DNA from: Hydrogenobacter sp. RSW1
GTDB lineage: Bacteria; Aquificota; Aquificia; Aquificales; Aquificaceae
DNA length: 40,000 bases
Assembly: GCA_038009385.1 (NCBI GenBank)
Contig: JBBPCA010000011.1
Location: 12,479-52,478 of the forward strand
Direction of reading: 5' to 3'
In this document: positions 12,633-25,057 of the stretch, piece after piece
Layout of the letters: each line of letters begins with the position of its first letter
Position numbering within the stretch: position 1 is the first letter of the stretch
Position numbers and translations under genes: made by a program
The notes under the pieces: generated by a model
The model's database searches: none
Told to the model about the DNA's origin: nothing
What the model saw: the letters and a program-made list of their open reading frames with translations, nothing else

Positions 12633-14876
12633 GTGATGATGGAAATGTACAGACTTCATGGACTTACTAAAGAGGAATACGAGCGCGTATTGGAAAAACT
12701 TGGAAGAGAACCAAACCATGTGGAACTTGGAATTTTGGGAGCCATGTGGTCAGAGCACTGTTCATACAAGTCTTCAAAGGTATTTCTCAAGATGTTTCCC
12801 ACAAAATCCGAAATGGTGGTTCAGGGTCCTGGTGAGAACGCAGGTGTTATAAAACTTGACGAGAGCGTGTGGATAACCTTTAAGGTGGAAAGCCATAACC
12901 ACCCTTCTTACATAGAGCCTTTCAACGGTGCAGCAACCGGTGTTGGAGGCATCATAAGGGATGTGCTTTCTATGGGTGCAAGACCTATAGCTCTTGGCAA
13001 TTCTCTGAGGTTTGGTCCTCTTGATGACCCTAAAACTAAGCATTTAGTAAAAGGTGTGGTCAAAGGTATCAGTGCATATGGAAATTCCATAGGCGTGCCT
13101 ACAGTATGCGGTGAAACCTTTTTTGAAGAGTGCTACATTACTAATCCTCTTGTTAATGCTTTCTGTTTAGGTGTTTTGCCTGCAGGTAAGATGTACACAT
13201 CAAGGGCAAGAGAGCCAGGTCAGGTGCTGGTGCTTATAGGCTCTTCAACAGGAAGAGATGGTGTGCACGGTGCGGTGATGGCTTCGGGCGAGTTTTCACA
13301 AGACAGGGAATCAAAAAGGTCGCATGTACAGGTGGGAGACCCTTACTTTGGCAAGAAGCTCTTAGAGGCGCTAATGGAAATCATTGAAAAAGACCTGGTG
13401 GTAGGCTTACAGGATTTAGGAGCAGCAGGGCTTGCAGGTGCCAGTTCAGAAGTAGCTAACAAATCTGGTATGGGTGTAGAACTTTACCTTGAACAAGTCC
13501 CACTTAGAGAGGAAGGCATGGAACCTTATGAGATACTCCTTTCTGAAAGTCAGGAAAGGATGCTTTTGATAACACAAGAAGAGAAGGTAAAACATATAGA
13601 AAACATAGCCAAGCGTCATCACTTAGAGTGTGCACAGGTGGGCAAGCTTACCGATGATGGTCAGTTTAGGGCTTACTTTAACGGAAATCTTGTAGCAGAA
13701 CTGCCAGTGAGTCTTATAGTTGAAGAGGCACCCGTTTATATGAGAGAGAGAACAGAACCTTCTTACTTGGTAGAGCTAAGAAAGTTCCAGCAGGAACAAC
13801 TACCTTATGTGGACCTCAAAGAAGCTTTATATAATCTTCTTTCTTCTCCCAATGTATGCTCAAAAGAATGGGTCTATAGCCAGTATGACTATCAGGTAGG
13901 TACAAACACCGTCTTAAAGCCTGGGGGTGACGCTGCAGTGCTTCGCATCAAGTGGTCAGCAAGACCCCAAATAAGAAGCGAAAGGCTCATCGCCATAACT
14001 ATGGAAGGAAACTCTCGCATGGTATACTTAAACCCTTACGAAGGTGGAAAGTTTGTAGTAGCGGAAGCTTGCAGAAACTTAGCTTGTGTGGGAGCGGTGC
14101 CTGTGGGCATCACAGACTGTCTTAATTTTGGTAATCCGGAAAGACCAGAGATCATGTGGCAACTGGAACAAGCCATAAAGGGTATGGCAGAAGCTTGTCA
14201 AAGCTTAGGTGTTCCCGTAGTGAGCGGAAATGTATCTCTGTACAACGAAACCGTTGATGAGAAAACAGCGAGGAACATATACCCAACCCCGGTGGTAGTA
14301 GCTGTAGGCGTTGTAGAAAACAGAAAGTTTTTAGACCATAAGTTTAAGGAAGATGGGCATCTCATATTTCTTATTGGAGATCTAAAAAGAGGTTCAAAAG
14401 TTGACGGAAGTGAGTTTCTCAAGAGAATACACGGTAAAGTTTTGGGGGATGTGCCGGAGGTTAATCTTGAAAAAGAAAAAGCCCTGCACGGTTTACTTCT
14501 CAGGTTGATAAATGAAGACCTCATACTATCCGCTCATGATGTTTCAACGGGTGGTTTAATGCTGTGCTTGTTGGAATGCCTTTTTGGAACTTCCTTAGGT
14601 GCCACCATAAACCTCTATACAGATGAAAGGCTTGACTTCTTTTTATTTTCAGAAAATCCTACGAGGGTGGTGGTGAGTGTGAAAAAAGAAGATGCAGAAA
14701 CCTTTAAAGACATGGTAGAAGCGAAAGGTATAGATTGGGTGCTCTTAGGCAGGACAACGGATGACGGGATATTAAGAATAGAGCTTTACGACGAGCCAGT
14801 AATGGAGGAAAAGTTAGAACCGCTGGAGGAACTATGGAAAAACACCTTAGAAAAAGCCTTGTCGCATACCTTATAA
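12633..14876 (+). CDS. purL: phosphoribosylformylglycinamidine synthase subunit II
   Basis: LGILGAMWSEHCSYKSS, VVQGPGENAG, FKVESHNHPS, GVGGIIRDVLSMGARP, ISAHDVSTGG-like sequence. Confidence 0.96.
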   Translation: MMMEMYRLHGLTKEEYERVLEKLGREPNHVELGILGAMWSEHCSYKSSKVFLKMFPTKSEMVVQGPGENAGVIKLDESVWITFKVESHNHPSYIEPFNGAATGVGGIIRDVLSMGARPIALGNSLRFGPLDDPKTKHLVKGVVKGISAYGNSIGVPTVCGETFFEECYITNPLVNAFCLGVLPAGKMYTSRAREPGQVLVLIGSSTGRDGVHGAVMASGEFSQDRESKRSHVQVGDPYFGKKLLEALMEIIEKDLVVGLQDLGAAGLAGASSEVANKSGMGVELYLEQVPLREEGMEPYEILLSESQERMLLITQEEKVKHIENIAKRHHLECAQVGKLTDDGQFRAYFNGNLVAELPVSLIVEEAPVYMRERTEPSYLVELRKFQQEQLPYVDLKEALYNLLSSPNVCSKEWVYSQYDYQVGTNTVLKPGGDAAVLRIKWSARPQIRSERLIAITMEGNSRMVYLNPYEGGKFVVAEACRNLACVGAVPVGITDCLNFGNPERPEIMWQLEQAIKGMAEACQSLGVPVVSGNVSLYNETVDEKTARNIYPTPVVVAVGVVENRKFLDHKFKEDGHLIFLIGDLKRGSKVDGSEFLKRIHGKVLGDVPEVNLEKEKALHGLLLRLINEDLILSAHDVSTGGLMLCLLECLFGTSLGATINLYTDERLDFFLFSENPTRVVVSVKKEDAETFKDMVEAKGIDWVLLGRTTDDGILRIELYDEPVMEEKLEPLEELWKNTLEKALSHTL

Positions 14877-15325
14877 CCTTTTTTCTCATCTTATCAAGCG
14901 ATTTAATAACTAAACAGTTGGCAGAGCACCATCTTCATAACAGAGAAGTGAGTTTACTGCCCTTTTTACACTTAGTGCTAGTTTACAATAAAGGGGTGGC
15001 TTTTGGTATTTTCTCAAACGCGCCAGACATCATTAGACTACCTCTCGTGCTTTTAAGTCCATTGATAGCGTTAGTTCTCACTTTTTTGTATGCCGTTAAA
15101 CGCAAAGATATAACAAACGCTCTCCTTATGGGTATGGTAGCCGGTGGTGCCATAGGAAACTTCTATGATAGATTTTTTTTAGGCTATGTCAGGGATTTTA
15201 TATACCTATCTTACGGTAAGTTCTCTTGGCCAGCTTTTAACCTTGCGGACATGGGTATAAGCGTAGCTATATTACTTTTGCTCACATTTTCTCTTGGCCA
15301 TTCTGGTAGCCATCGCAAAAACTAA
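14834..15325 (+). CDS. lspA: lipoprotein signal peptidase (signal peptidase II)
   Basis: LILSSDLITKQLAE, VLVYNKGVAFGIFS, GGAIGNFYDR, FNLADMGI conserved motifs; multiple hydrophobic spans. Confidence 0.92.
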   Translation: MEKHLRKSLVAYLITFFLILSSDLITKQLAEHHLHNREVSLLPFLHLVLVYNKGVAFGIFSNAPDIIRLPLVLLSPLIALVLTFLYAVKRKDITNALLMGMVAGGAIGNFYDRFFLGYVRDFIYLSYGKFSWPAFNLADMGISVAILLLLTFSLGHSGSHRKN

Positions 15326-15327
15326 AA

Positions 15328-15399
15328 TGGGCGATGGAGGGTTCGAACCTCCGACCTCCATCGTGTGAGGATGGCGCTCTACCGCTGAGCTAATCGCCC
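15328..15399 (-). tRNA. tRNA-Val (anticodon CAC)
   Basis: Minus strand GGGCGATTAGCTCAGCGGTAGAGCGCCATCCTCACACGATGGAGGTCGGAGGTTCGAACCCTCCATCGCCCA folds as a cloverleaf (7-bp acceptor, 5-bp anticodon stem CCATC/GATGG, TTCGAAC T loop); CCA not encoded. Confidence 0.95.
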
Positions 15400-15441
15400 T
15401 CTTTAGTTAATTAAATTATAACATCAGATTATAATGGTGGT

Positions 15442-16368
15442 ATGGAAGCGTACATTATGGGTTCTGACCAAAGGATAGTCAGGTGCGCAAGGGTATCCTT
15501 TGGCAAAGATGATAAGGTGGACATGGACAGGGATAAAAAGCTCATAAAGTATCTCTTTCAGCATAGGCATGCGAGCCCTTTTGAGCATGTAATAGTCGCT
15601 TTTGAAGGTGATAAGAAAGATTGGATTGATCTTATTCAAAAAGTGCAAAGCCCAGTATTTCAAGTTTATTGGGCAGGGGGTTATGTGTGGCTAAACCTGA
15701 GGAACTTCATAAACGCCTTTGAACACATCCCCCGCGCGGTAAAACAGAAAGTGAGAGAGCTTTTACCCACAACTTACGCAGTAATTAAAGGAGAAACCCC
15801 GACTGATTACTCTACAGATAGCTCCTATGTTTCTCAGAAGGTAGAAACATCTTCAGGATGGATAGGGCTTGTGGATAAGCTTGAACTTGGAACCTTGATG
15901 GATTATTACACTTTTGTGGTGGAGTGTCCTCTCTTTGTTGCAAGACAGTGGCACAGACATAGATTTGGCTCTTTTAACGAAGTGAGTAGAAGGTATGTTA
16001 GCTACGAACCTACCTTTTACATACCTTCTTATTTGCGCAAACAATCGGATAAAAACAAACAGGCGTCAACAGACGAAAAGATAGATGAACCTTGGAACTC
16101 CCTGTTTATGAAGAAGATAAAGTGGTATATAGAGGACTTGCGTACCCTTTACGAAAACATGATAGAAAAGGGAGTTGCCAAAGAGCTTGCCAGAGGCATT
16201 CTTCCACAGTTTATGCACACAAGGTTTTATTGGACTGTCCCTAGAATCTCTTTAGACAACTTTATAAGTCTAAGGACGCACGAAGGAGCGCAGAAAGAAA
16301 TAAGAGAGTTCGCTGAGGCTATAATAAGTATGGTGGGCTATAAAAATAGCGCTACTTTCAGGTTATGA
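15442..16368 (+). CDS. thyX: flavin-dependent thymidylate synthase
   Basis: HASPFEHV, FVARQWHRHRFGSFNEVSRRY (RHRxxSxNExSxRY-like ThyX motif). Confidence 0.95.
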   Translation: MEAYIMGSDQRIVRCARVSFGKDDKVDMDRDKKLIKYLFQHRHASPFEHVIVAFEGDKKDWIDLIQKVQSPVFQVYWAGGYVWLNLRNFINAFEHIPRAVKQKVRELLPTTYAVIKGETPTDYSTDSSYVSQKVETSSGWIGLVDKLELGTLMDYYTFVVECPLFVARQWHRHRFGSFNEVSRRYVSYEPTFYIPSYLRKQSDKNKQASTDEKIDEPWNSLFMKKIKWYIEDLRTLYENMIEKGVAKELARGILPQFMHTRFYWTVPRISLDNFISLRTHEGAQKEIREFAEAIISMVGYKNSATFRL

Positions 16369-16972
16369 TGCGTTTTGCCTGCTGAAGAAAGTCCTTGAAC
16401 TTTATGTTTCCCTCTCTTACTAACCTTAAGCTCTTTTTTCCTATAAGCCTAACTATGGTGGATGGTTCTCCTTTTATGTATCCTGCATCCACATACAGGT
16501 CTATATTATTACCAAAGTATTCTTGCGCCATGCTTATATCAACAGCCGGATCCTTCCCTTCTGGGTTAGCGCTGGGTGCTACGAGAGGTGTTTCTAACTC
16601 TTGCATAAGCTCCATTACAAAACTGTCCTCTTTTGGCAGTCTTATGGCTATGCTCTTTTTTCCCCTTGTGAGATATAGGGGAAAGGAGGTTTTTTTGTAA
16701 AAGATCACGGTGGCATGTGTATAAAGCAAGTCCCAGTATTTTCTGTCTGCATACAGGTCTAAATACTCAAGTATGTCCAAATCTGGAATGAGCATTATAA
16801 AAGGTCTTCCTGATGGTCTTCTTATGGAGTAAAGTCTTTCTACCGCTTCTGCATTCGTAGCATCTGCTACAAGCCCGTATATGGTGTCCGTTGGACAGAA
16901 GACTATTCCTCCTTCCTTTAATACTTTAACCGCTTTACGCAGTCCTGTCTTGTTGGCTTTTACCACCATCAT
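16358..16972 (-). CDS. tsaC: Sua5/YciO/YrdC-family L-threonylcarbamoyladenylate synthase
   Basis: GGIVFCPTDTIYGLVADATN, SIRRPSGRPF, TPLVAPSANPEG, PSTIVRL. Confidence 0.85.
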   Translation of the reverse strand: MMVVKANKTGLRKAVKVLKEGGIVFCPTDTIYGLVADATNAEAVERLYSIRRPSGRPFIMLIPDLDILEYLDLYADRKYWDLLYTHATVIFYKKTSFPLYLTRGKKSIAIRLPKEDSFVMELMQELETPLVAPSANPEGKDPAVDISMAQEYFGNNIDLYVDAGYIKGEPSTIVRLIGKKSLRLVREGNIKFKDFLQQAKRIIT

Positions 16973-18027
16973 AGTTCTATAATTTTTATGATTTTATCCA
17001 AATCGGGTGGAAGGGTTATAGGCTCTTCACACACGCTCATAGCTGTGTTTGGGTCTTTAAGACCGTTTCCCGTAAGGGTACACACCACCGTCTCCCCTCC
17101 TTTAAAGAAGCCTTCTCTGGTGAGTTTTATAAGTCCGGCTATGCACGCTGCAGAAGCTGGCTCACAGAATATACCTTCCTTTGAAGCTACAAGTTTATAA
17201 GCGTTTAGTATCTCTTCATCGCTGACCGCATCTATTCTTCCACCAGACTCATTGGAAGCCTCAAGAGCATGTTGCCAACTGTATGGGTTTCCTATCTTTA
17301 TAGCGGTAGCAATGGTTTGAGGGTTTTTTATCACATAACCTTTCACTATGGGGGCTGCCCCTTCTGCTTGCCATCCCATCATTCTGGGAAGCTTTTTGAT
17401 CTTACCGTGTTTAAAATACTCCTTGTAGCCTTTCCAGTATGCGGTTATATTTCCTGCATTTCCAACAGGTATAAAGTGGTAATCTGGAGCATCACCCAAA
17501 GCGTCGCACACCTCAAAGGAAGCGGTTTTTTGCCCTTCTATACGAAAAGGATTTACTGAATTGACAATCTCAACAGGTAGAAGTTCTCCTATCTTCCTAA
17601 CCATGTATAAGGCATCATCAAAATTCCCTTGCAGAGCTATCACCTTGGCACCATATATGACCGCTTGAGAAAGTTTACCCAAGGCTACTGCACCCTTTGG
17701 AAGGATAACATAGGCTCTTAGACCGGCTTTTGCAGCATAAGCAGCGGCAGAAGCAGAGGTGTTTCCTGTAGATGCACATATGACAGCCTTTTTACCGCTT
17801 TCTACAGCTTTAGATATGGCTAAGGTCATACCTCTGTCTTTAAAAGAGCCTGTTGGATTCAGCCCTTCGTATTTGAGAAATATATCACCTTTAAAGCCTA
17901 TGACTTTTGCAAGATTTTCCGCATGTATGAGCGGTGTATTACCTTCACACAAAGTTATCACAGGTGTGTTTTCAGAAACTGGTAAAAACTCTCTGTATTT
18001 GTGTATTACACCACGCCAGTAGTTCAT
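16969..18027 (-). CDS. thrC: threonine synthase
   Basis: EGNTPLIHAENLA, LKYEGLNPTGSFKDRGMT, ICASTGNTSASAAAYAAKAG, EPASAACIAGL. Confidence 0.93.
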   Translation of the reverse strand: MNYWRGVIHKYREFLPVSENTPVITLCEGNTPLIHAENLAKVIGFKGDIFLKYEGLNPTGSFKDRGMTLAISKAVESGKKAVICASTGNTSASAAAYAAKAGLRAYVILPKGAVALGKLSQAVIYGAKVIALQGNFDDALYMVRKIGELLPVEIVNSVNPFRIEGQKTASFEVCDALGDAPDYHFIPVGNAGNITAYWKGYKEYFKHGKIKKLPRMMGWQAEGAAPIVKGYVIKNPQTIATAIKIGNPYSWQHALEASNESGGRIDAVSDEEILNAYKLVASKEGIFCEPASAACIAGLIKLTREGFFKGGETVVCTLTGNGLKDPNTAMSVCEEPITLPPDLDKIIKIIEL

Positions 18028-18048
18028 AACTTACTGCTCTTTCTTTTG

Positions 18049-18114
18049 CTACTCTTGACCCTCGTTGGATTTTTCCAATTCCTTCTTGGCACCTTTTTTC
18101 TTCTCTTGTTGCAT
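18049..18114 (-). CDS. possible 21-aa small protein MQQEKKKGAKKELEKSNEGQE
   Basis: ATG at 18114 preceded by AAGGAGG Shine-Dalgarno; terminates 22 nt before thrC start. Not in the supplied ORF track because of length. Confidence 0.35.
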   Translation of the reverse strand: MQQEKKKGAKKELEKSNEGQE

Positions 18115-18149
18115 AGCTTTTTCCTCCTTGCTTATATTTTATCATATAG

Positions 18150-20757
<2,608 letters not shown>

Positions 20758-20761
<4 letters not shown>

Positions 20762-21144
20762 TTTCCATCTCCTTTCTCTATAAAAATATCCCTTACATCT
20801 CTTATGTAAAAGTTTGCTTTGCCCAGTTCTGATATGGATGTGCAGTATGTCCCTAGGTCCAATCTTGCGTGTTTCTTTAAGCCTCCTTTGAGCTCCATAT
20901 CCACCTCAAGACCATCTTCTTTTTGAGAAAGCACTCTTATGTGCCTAATATCTTCAAAAGGCACCGCGTAATCAACGCTTCCTTCCTTTATTTTTAGGTA
21001 AGTTCTTCCATTACAGCTTATACCTTTAAGTTGATGAGTGATCCCTTCCTTGTCCACCACTTTAACGAGTAAATGTGTATTTACCTTAACGGGTTCTGCC
21101 ATGGATAGAAGAAATACGGAAGAGAGGATGATCCCTTTCCTCAT
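20758..21144 (-). CDS. hypothetical protein with N-terminal hydrophobic signal-like segment
   Basis: 128 aa MRKGIILSSVFLLSMAEPVKV...; 4-bp overlap with the S41 peptidase gene. Confidence 0.7.
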
Positions 21145-21147
21145 AGA

Positions 21148-22731
21148 TTAAATTATACCCTCTTCTTCATCTTTTAGGAGTTTGTATATCAAGCTGTCCG
21201 TAAGAGCTATCCAAGAAGCTTCTATTATGTTTTCAGAAACACCCACAGTGCCCCACTTCCTTCTTCCGTCTGTAGATTCTATAAGCACCCTTACTTTAGC
21301 AGATGTTCCTTCCGACTCATTAACTATCCTCACTTTGTAGTCTATGAGCTGTACCTCTTTGAGATTAGGATAGAACTCTTCCAAAGCTTTTCTGAGAGAT
21401 CTGTCCAGGGCGCTTACAGGTCCATTGCCAAGCGCTGCTGTGTGCTGCTTTATATCTCCTACATAAAGTCTTACAGTAGCTTCAGATATGGGTAATACAT
21501 CTGTACTTCTTCTTGCTATAAGCACGCGATAGGCATCAAGATCAAAATAGTTTTTGACAAGTCCAAAGTGCCTTTTGCACAGTAGCTCAAAAGATGCCTC
21601 TGCTGCTTCAAAGTGATAGCCTTCTTTTTCAAGCTCCTTTATCCTTTCAACAAGCTTGACGAGTTCTGGAGACTTTTCATCTACCTGAATGCCCATCTCT
21701 TTAAGCTTGTAAAGTATGTTACTCCTGCCAGAAAGGTCTGAAACGGTCACTTTTCTTCTGTTGCCTACCAAGTATGGGTCTATATGTTCGTAAGTTTCTG
21801 ACCTTTTCATCACAGCAGAGGCATGAACACCTGCTTTGTGGGTAAAGGCACTTTCTCCTACATAAGGCATGTTTTTGGGAATAGGTATGTTGGAAACTTC
21901 CGATACAAAGTGGGCAAGTTCCGTTAGTTTTTTGAGATTTTCCGAAGGTATAACCTCAAAACCGAGCTTTAGTTGAAGGTTTGGTATTATGGAGCATAAA
22001 TTGGCATTCCCTGTCCTTTCTCCTATACCGTTTATGGTGCCATGCACCTGTCTTGCTCCTGCCAATACAGCCATCAAAGAGTTGGCAACAGCTGTATCCG
22101 AGTCATTGTGAGCGTGTATACCTATGCGTGCTTGGGGGAAAGATGCCTTAACCACCTTGGTTATCTCGTAAACCTCATTGGGTAGACTTCCTCCGTTTGT
22201 ATCACACAAAACTATCCAATCTGCACCACCTTCAAGAGCAGATTTAAGCACTGACAGTGCATATTCTGGATTGTTTTTGTACCCATCAAAGAAGTGTTCT
22301 GCATCAAAGATCACCTCTTCCACATATTCTTTTAAGTATCTTACTGTTTCGTAAACCATGTCAAGATTCTCTTCAAGGCTTGTTCCCATAGCATGAGTGA
22401 CATGAAAGTCCCAGCTTTTACCAAACACAGTGATGGCTCGCGCGCCAGACCTTAAAAGATTTTCTACTTGCTGATCTTCACGAACTTTCTTCCCAGCTTT
22501 TCTGGTGGACCCAAAAGCTACCACCTTTATGTTTTTGGTTTTTATCTTCTTTAACCTCTCAAAGAGAATGGTGTCTTTGGGATTGGCTCCTGGCCATCCA
22601 CACTCCGCATAATGCACTCCAAACTCATCAAGTTTTTCAAGTATGCGAAGCTTATCTTCTACAGAAAAATTTATACCTTCAGCCTGTGAACCATCCCTTA
22701 AGGTGGTATCGTAAATAAATACTTTTTCCAT
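21148..22731 (-). CDS. cimA: citramalate synthase (LeuA/HMGL family)
   Basis: [23 protein letters not shown] start at 22731; [45 protein letters not shown]. Confidence 0.92.
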   Translation of the reverse strand: MEKVFIYDTTLRDGSQAEGINFSVEDKLRILEKLDEFGVHYAECGWPGANPKDTILFERLKKIKTKNIKVVAFGSTRKAGKKVREDQQVENLLRSGARAITVFGKSWDFHVTHAMGTSLEENLDMVYETVRYLKEYVEEVIFDAEHFFDGYKNNPEYALSVLKSALEGGADWIVLCDTNGGSLPNEVYEITKVVKASFPQARIGIHAHNDSDTAVANSLMAVLAGARQVHGTINGIGERTGNANLCSIIPNLQLKLGFEVIPSENLKKLTELAHFVSEVSNIPIPKNMPYVGESAFTHKAGVHASAVMKRSETYEHIDPYLVGNRRKVTVSDLSGRSNILYKLKEMGIQVDEKSPELVKLVERIKELEKEGYHFEAAEASFELLCKRHFGLVKNYFDLDAYRVLIARRSTDVLPISEATVRLYVGDIKQHTAALGNGPVSALDRSLRKALEEFYPNLKEVQLIDYKVRIVNESEGTSAKVRVLIESTDGRRKWGTVGVSENIIEASWIALTDSLIYKLLKDEEEGII

Positions 22732-22755
22732 ACCACCATTATAGGAACTTGTCAA

Positions 22756-22821
22756 GGAAGATGTCAACTTTTAGCATCCATGGACTGGTTAATGGTTAGG
22801 AGCTAAAAAATTGACATCCTC
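22756..22821. repeat. imperfect inverted repeat (arms 22756-22775 and 22802-22821)
   Basis: GGAAGATGTCAACTTTTAGC versus GCTAAAAAATTGACATCCTC (reverse complement of left arm GCTAAAAGTTGACATCTTCC, aligned with a 1-nt gap and a T/C substitution). Confidence 0.65.
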
Positions 22822-22888
22822 GGTTATGATCAGTTAAAGGAAAGCAAGAAATTGTAAGAAAAACTAGCTAGAAACAGGAGGAAATAAC

Positions 22889-23923
22889 ATGCAAATATAT
22901 GGGGAAATAACAGGAATAAAGTATAAACCTTTCTTGTGTAACACTCTGGTACAATATGATATTGAAAAGTTTGATAAAGCGTTGTCCAAAAGTGGCAGCT
23001 TTATTCTTGAAATTGATAAAGAAAACAGAATAGCAGTAAGTAGATGGGTGTCACCTAAAAGGACAAGATCTTATCCTTATGCGAGAGTATATGATACTTT
23101 AAGTTTTTCAGGCAGAAAGATCACTATAATCCCTATAATGAAGGATGAAGGTAAAGATGGTGATAGAGACTTTTTACAGTGGGATGCTATATCATTAATG
23201 AGTTTGTTGGGGATTTATGTAATTATAGGCTATTATGTTGAAGCAGTTCGAAATCCAAAGTATGCAAATAAAATTACCAATCAAAAATTTGATACTAACT
23301 ATATAAAAAGCGAAATTAGTAGATTATTGTCATACCAATCCGATGCTTTACACTGGAATCTTGAGCAAATAGATAAAATATATCAAATAGCTAGTTTAGC
23401 TTTTGATTCTTATAATAGAATATCCAAAAATTTAGGAGTAGAAATGCATTCTATGGAAGCTGCTCAGCAAAGAATTGAAGAATTATATAAAGAAAAGGAA
23501 GAATTTATGAAGCTTTCTAGAGAACTATCATATAAAGCTCAAAGAAGAGAAAGCATTACGGTACAACCTAAGGAATCATTGAAGGGTACCAAAGGTTTGA
23601 TTACAATAAAAAACTATATAGGAGGGTATTATTATTTTACATGTGATGAGGTTGAGATTCAAGGTAATGAATTGTATTTGATTGAAGGGAAGCATAGTGC
23701 AAGTGGATATCCCAGCCTCAGTGATGTAAAGGACGGTCTTCTAAAAATGATATTGTATACAAACCTTAAAAAAGTTTATTATAACAATGAGGAATTTATA
23801 CCTATTCCTATACTTAAACTTACGACTAAGGGAGATATTTATGGATTTCCAAATTATTATGACACTCTATTAAAGGAAGCGGAAGAGAATAAATTCAAAG
23901 TTATAATAGAAAGAGTGCAATGA
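22889..23923 (+). CDS. candidate type II restriction endonuclease (PD-(D/E)XK-like)
   Basis: 344 aa; start preceded by GGAGGAAATAAC; C-terminal GNELYLIEGKHSASGYPSLSDVKDGLLKMILYTNL (ExK-like core); ATGA-coupled to a DNA adenine methyltransferase. Confidence 0.65.
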   Translation: MQIYGEITGIKYKPFLCNTLVQYDIEKFDKALSKSGSFILEIDKENRIAVSRWVSPKRTRSYPYARVYDTLSFSGRKITIIPIMKDEGKDGDRDFLQWDAISLMSLLGIYVIIGYYVEAVRNPKYANKITNQKFDTNYIKSEISRLLSYQSDALHWNLEQIDKIYQIASLAFDSYNRISKNLGVEMHSMEAAQQRIEELYKEKEEFMKLSRELSYKAQRRESITVQPKESLKGTKGLITIKNYIGGYYYFTCDEVEIQGNELYLIEGKHSASGYPSLSDVKDGLLKMILYTNLKKVYYNNEEFIPIPILKLTTKGDIYGFPNYYDTLLKEAEENKFKVIIERVQ

Positions 23924-24747
23924 ATATAGTGAAAAATGTTCTAAGATATCCGGGAGGTAAATCAAAAGCTGTAGAAAAGATTATAGCTAATATACCAGCT
24001 AATATAAAGGAGTTTAGAGAACCAATGGTTGGTGGCGGTTCAGTTTCTTTAGTGGTAAAACAACTTTTCCCAAATGTAAAGGTAAAAATAAATGATTTGA
24101 ATTATGATTTGATATGCTTTTGGAAAACATTACGGGATAATCCTGATGAGTTAATTAAGGAAGTGAGAAAAATAAAAGAAACTTACAAAGACGGAAGAAA
24201 ACTTTATAATGAATTTACGACTAAAAATGGTGGTAATGAATTTGAAAGGGCGGTCAGGTTTTTTGTGTTAAATAGAATAACTTTTTCTGGGACTGTAGAC
24301 TCGGGAGGATATTCTCAACAAGCTTTTGAAAAAAGGTTCACCAATAGTGCAATTGAAAAGCTAAAAAGAGCGTCTGAGATTATCAAGGACTTCGAGATTA
24401 CTCATGGTGATTATGAAAAACCGCTATTTGAAGATGGAGAGGGCGTATTTATCTTTTTAGACCCTCCCTATTATAGCACAGCAAAATCAAAATTATATGG
24501 TAAAAACGGGAACTTACATTTAAGCTTTGATCATGAAAGATTTGCTGCTAATATGAAAAAATGTAAACATTTGTGGTTGATAACTTACGATGACTGCACA
24601 GAAGTACGAGAGTTATTCAGTTTTGCGTACATATATCCCTGGGAACTCCAGTATGGGATGAATAACTATAAGCGGAAAACTGCGAGGAAAGGCAGAGAAT
24701 TATTTATTACAAACTATAGGATATCGTTCGAAAATTTTAAAATTTAA
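23920..24747 (+). CDS. D12-class (Dam-like) N6-adenine DNA methyltransferase
   Basis: LRYPGGKSKAVEKI (motif I/X), PMVGGGSVSL, VFIFLDPPYYS (DPPY motif IV), NRITFSGTVDSGGYS. Confidence 0.92.
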   Translation: MNIVKNVLRYPGGKSKAVEKIIANIPANIKEFREPMVGGGSVSLVVKQLFPNVKVKINDLNYDLICFWKTLRDNPDELIKEVRKIKETYKDGRKLYNEFTTKNGGNEFERAVRFFVLNRITFSGTVDSGGYSQQAFEKRFTNSAIEKLKRASEIIKDFEITHGDYEKPLFEDGEGVFIFLDPPYYSTAKSKLYGKNGNLHLSFDHERFAANMKKCKHLWLITYDDCTEVRELFSFAYIYPWELQYGMNNYKRKTARKGRELFITNYRISFENFKI

Positions 24748-24786
24748 GATAGTTCGACTCCTTTATTGTCATTTATACCATTACGA

Positions 24787-24807
24787 AGCTGAAAAGTTGA
24801 TATCCTC
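24787..24807 (+). repeat. third copy of the AGCTRAAAARTTGAYATCCTC motif
   Basis: AGCTGAAAAGTTGATATCCTC versus 22801-22821 AGCTAAAAAATTGACATCCTC; 18/21 identical. Confidence 0.6.
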
Positions 24808-25057
24808 AAAATCATATGAGAACATAAGAATACCAAACAGCAAATTGATCGAAGGGGATGAGTTGATAGGTAATAGGGGGTATAAGAACTACGAATTTGA
24901 GGATCAGCTAAAGGACGAGAGGATAGAATTCAGACTATCTGAAGGGTGTAATCTTGATGGAAAAGTTAGAGCTGTAAGTTTTAAAGGTTTTGTTTTGAAA
25001 ATCCTTATGGCTATTTTTTCTTATAATATTTCAAGGTTGGTCAAGGCAGAAGCTTAA
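24797..25057 (+). pseudogene. transposase C-terminal remnant (IS4/IS5-like DDE guess)
   Basis: DELIGNRGYKNYEFEDQLKDERIEFRL...VSFKGFVLKILMAIFSYNISRLVKAEA; no N-terminal catalytic part. Confidence 0.65.
24991..25046 (+). repeat. direct repeat copy 1
   Basis: TGTTTTGAAAATCCTTATGGCTATTTTTTCTTATAATATTTCAAGGTTGGTCAAGG; 3 mismatches in 56 to 27536-27591. Confidence 0.85.
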
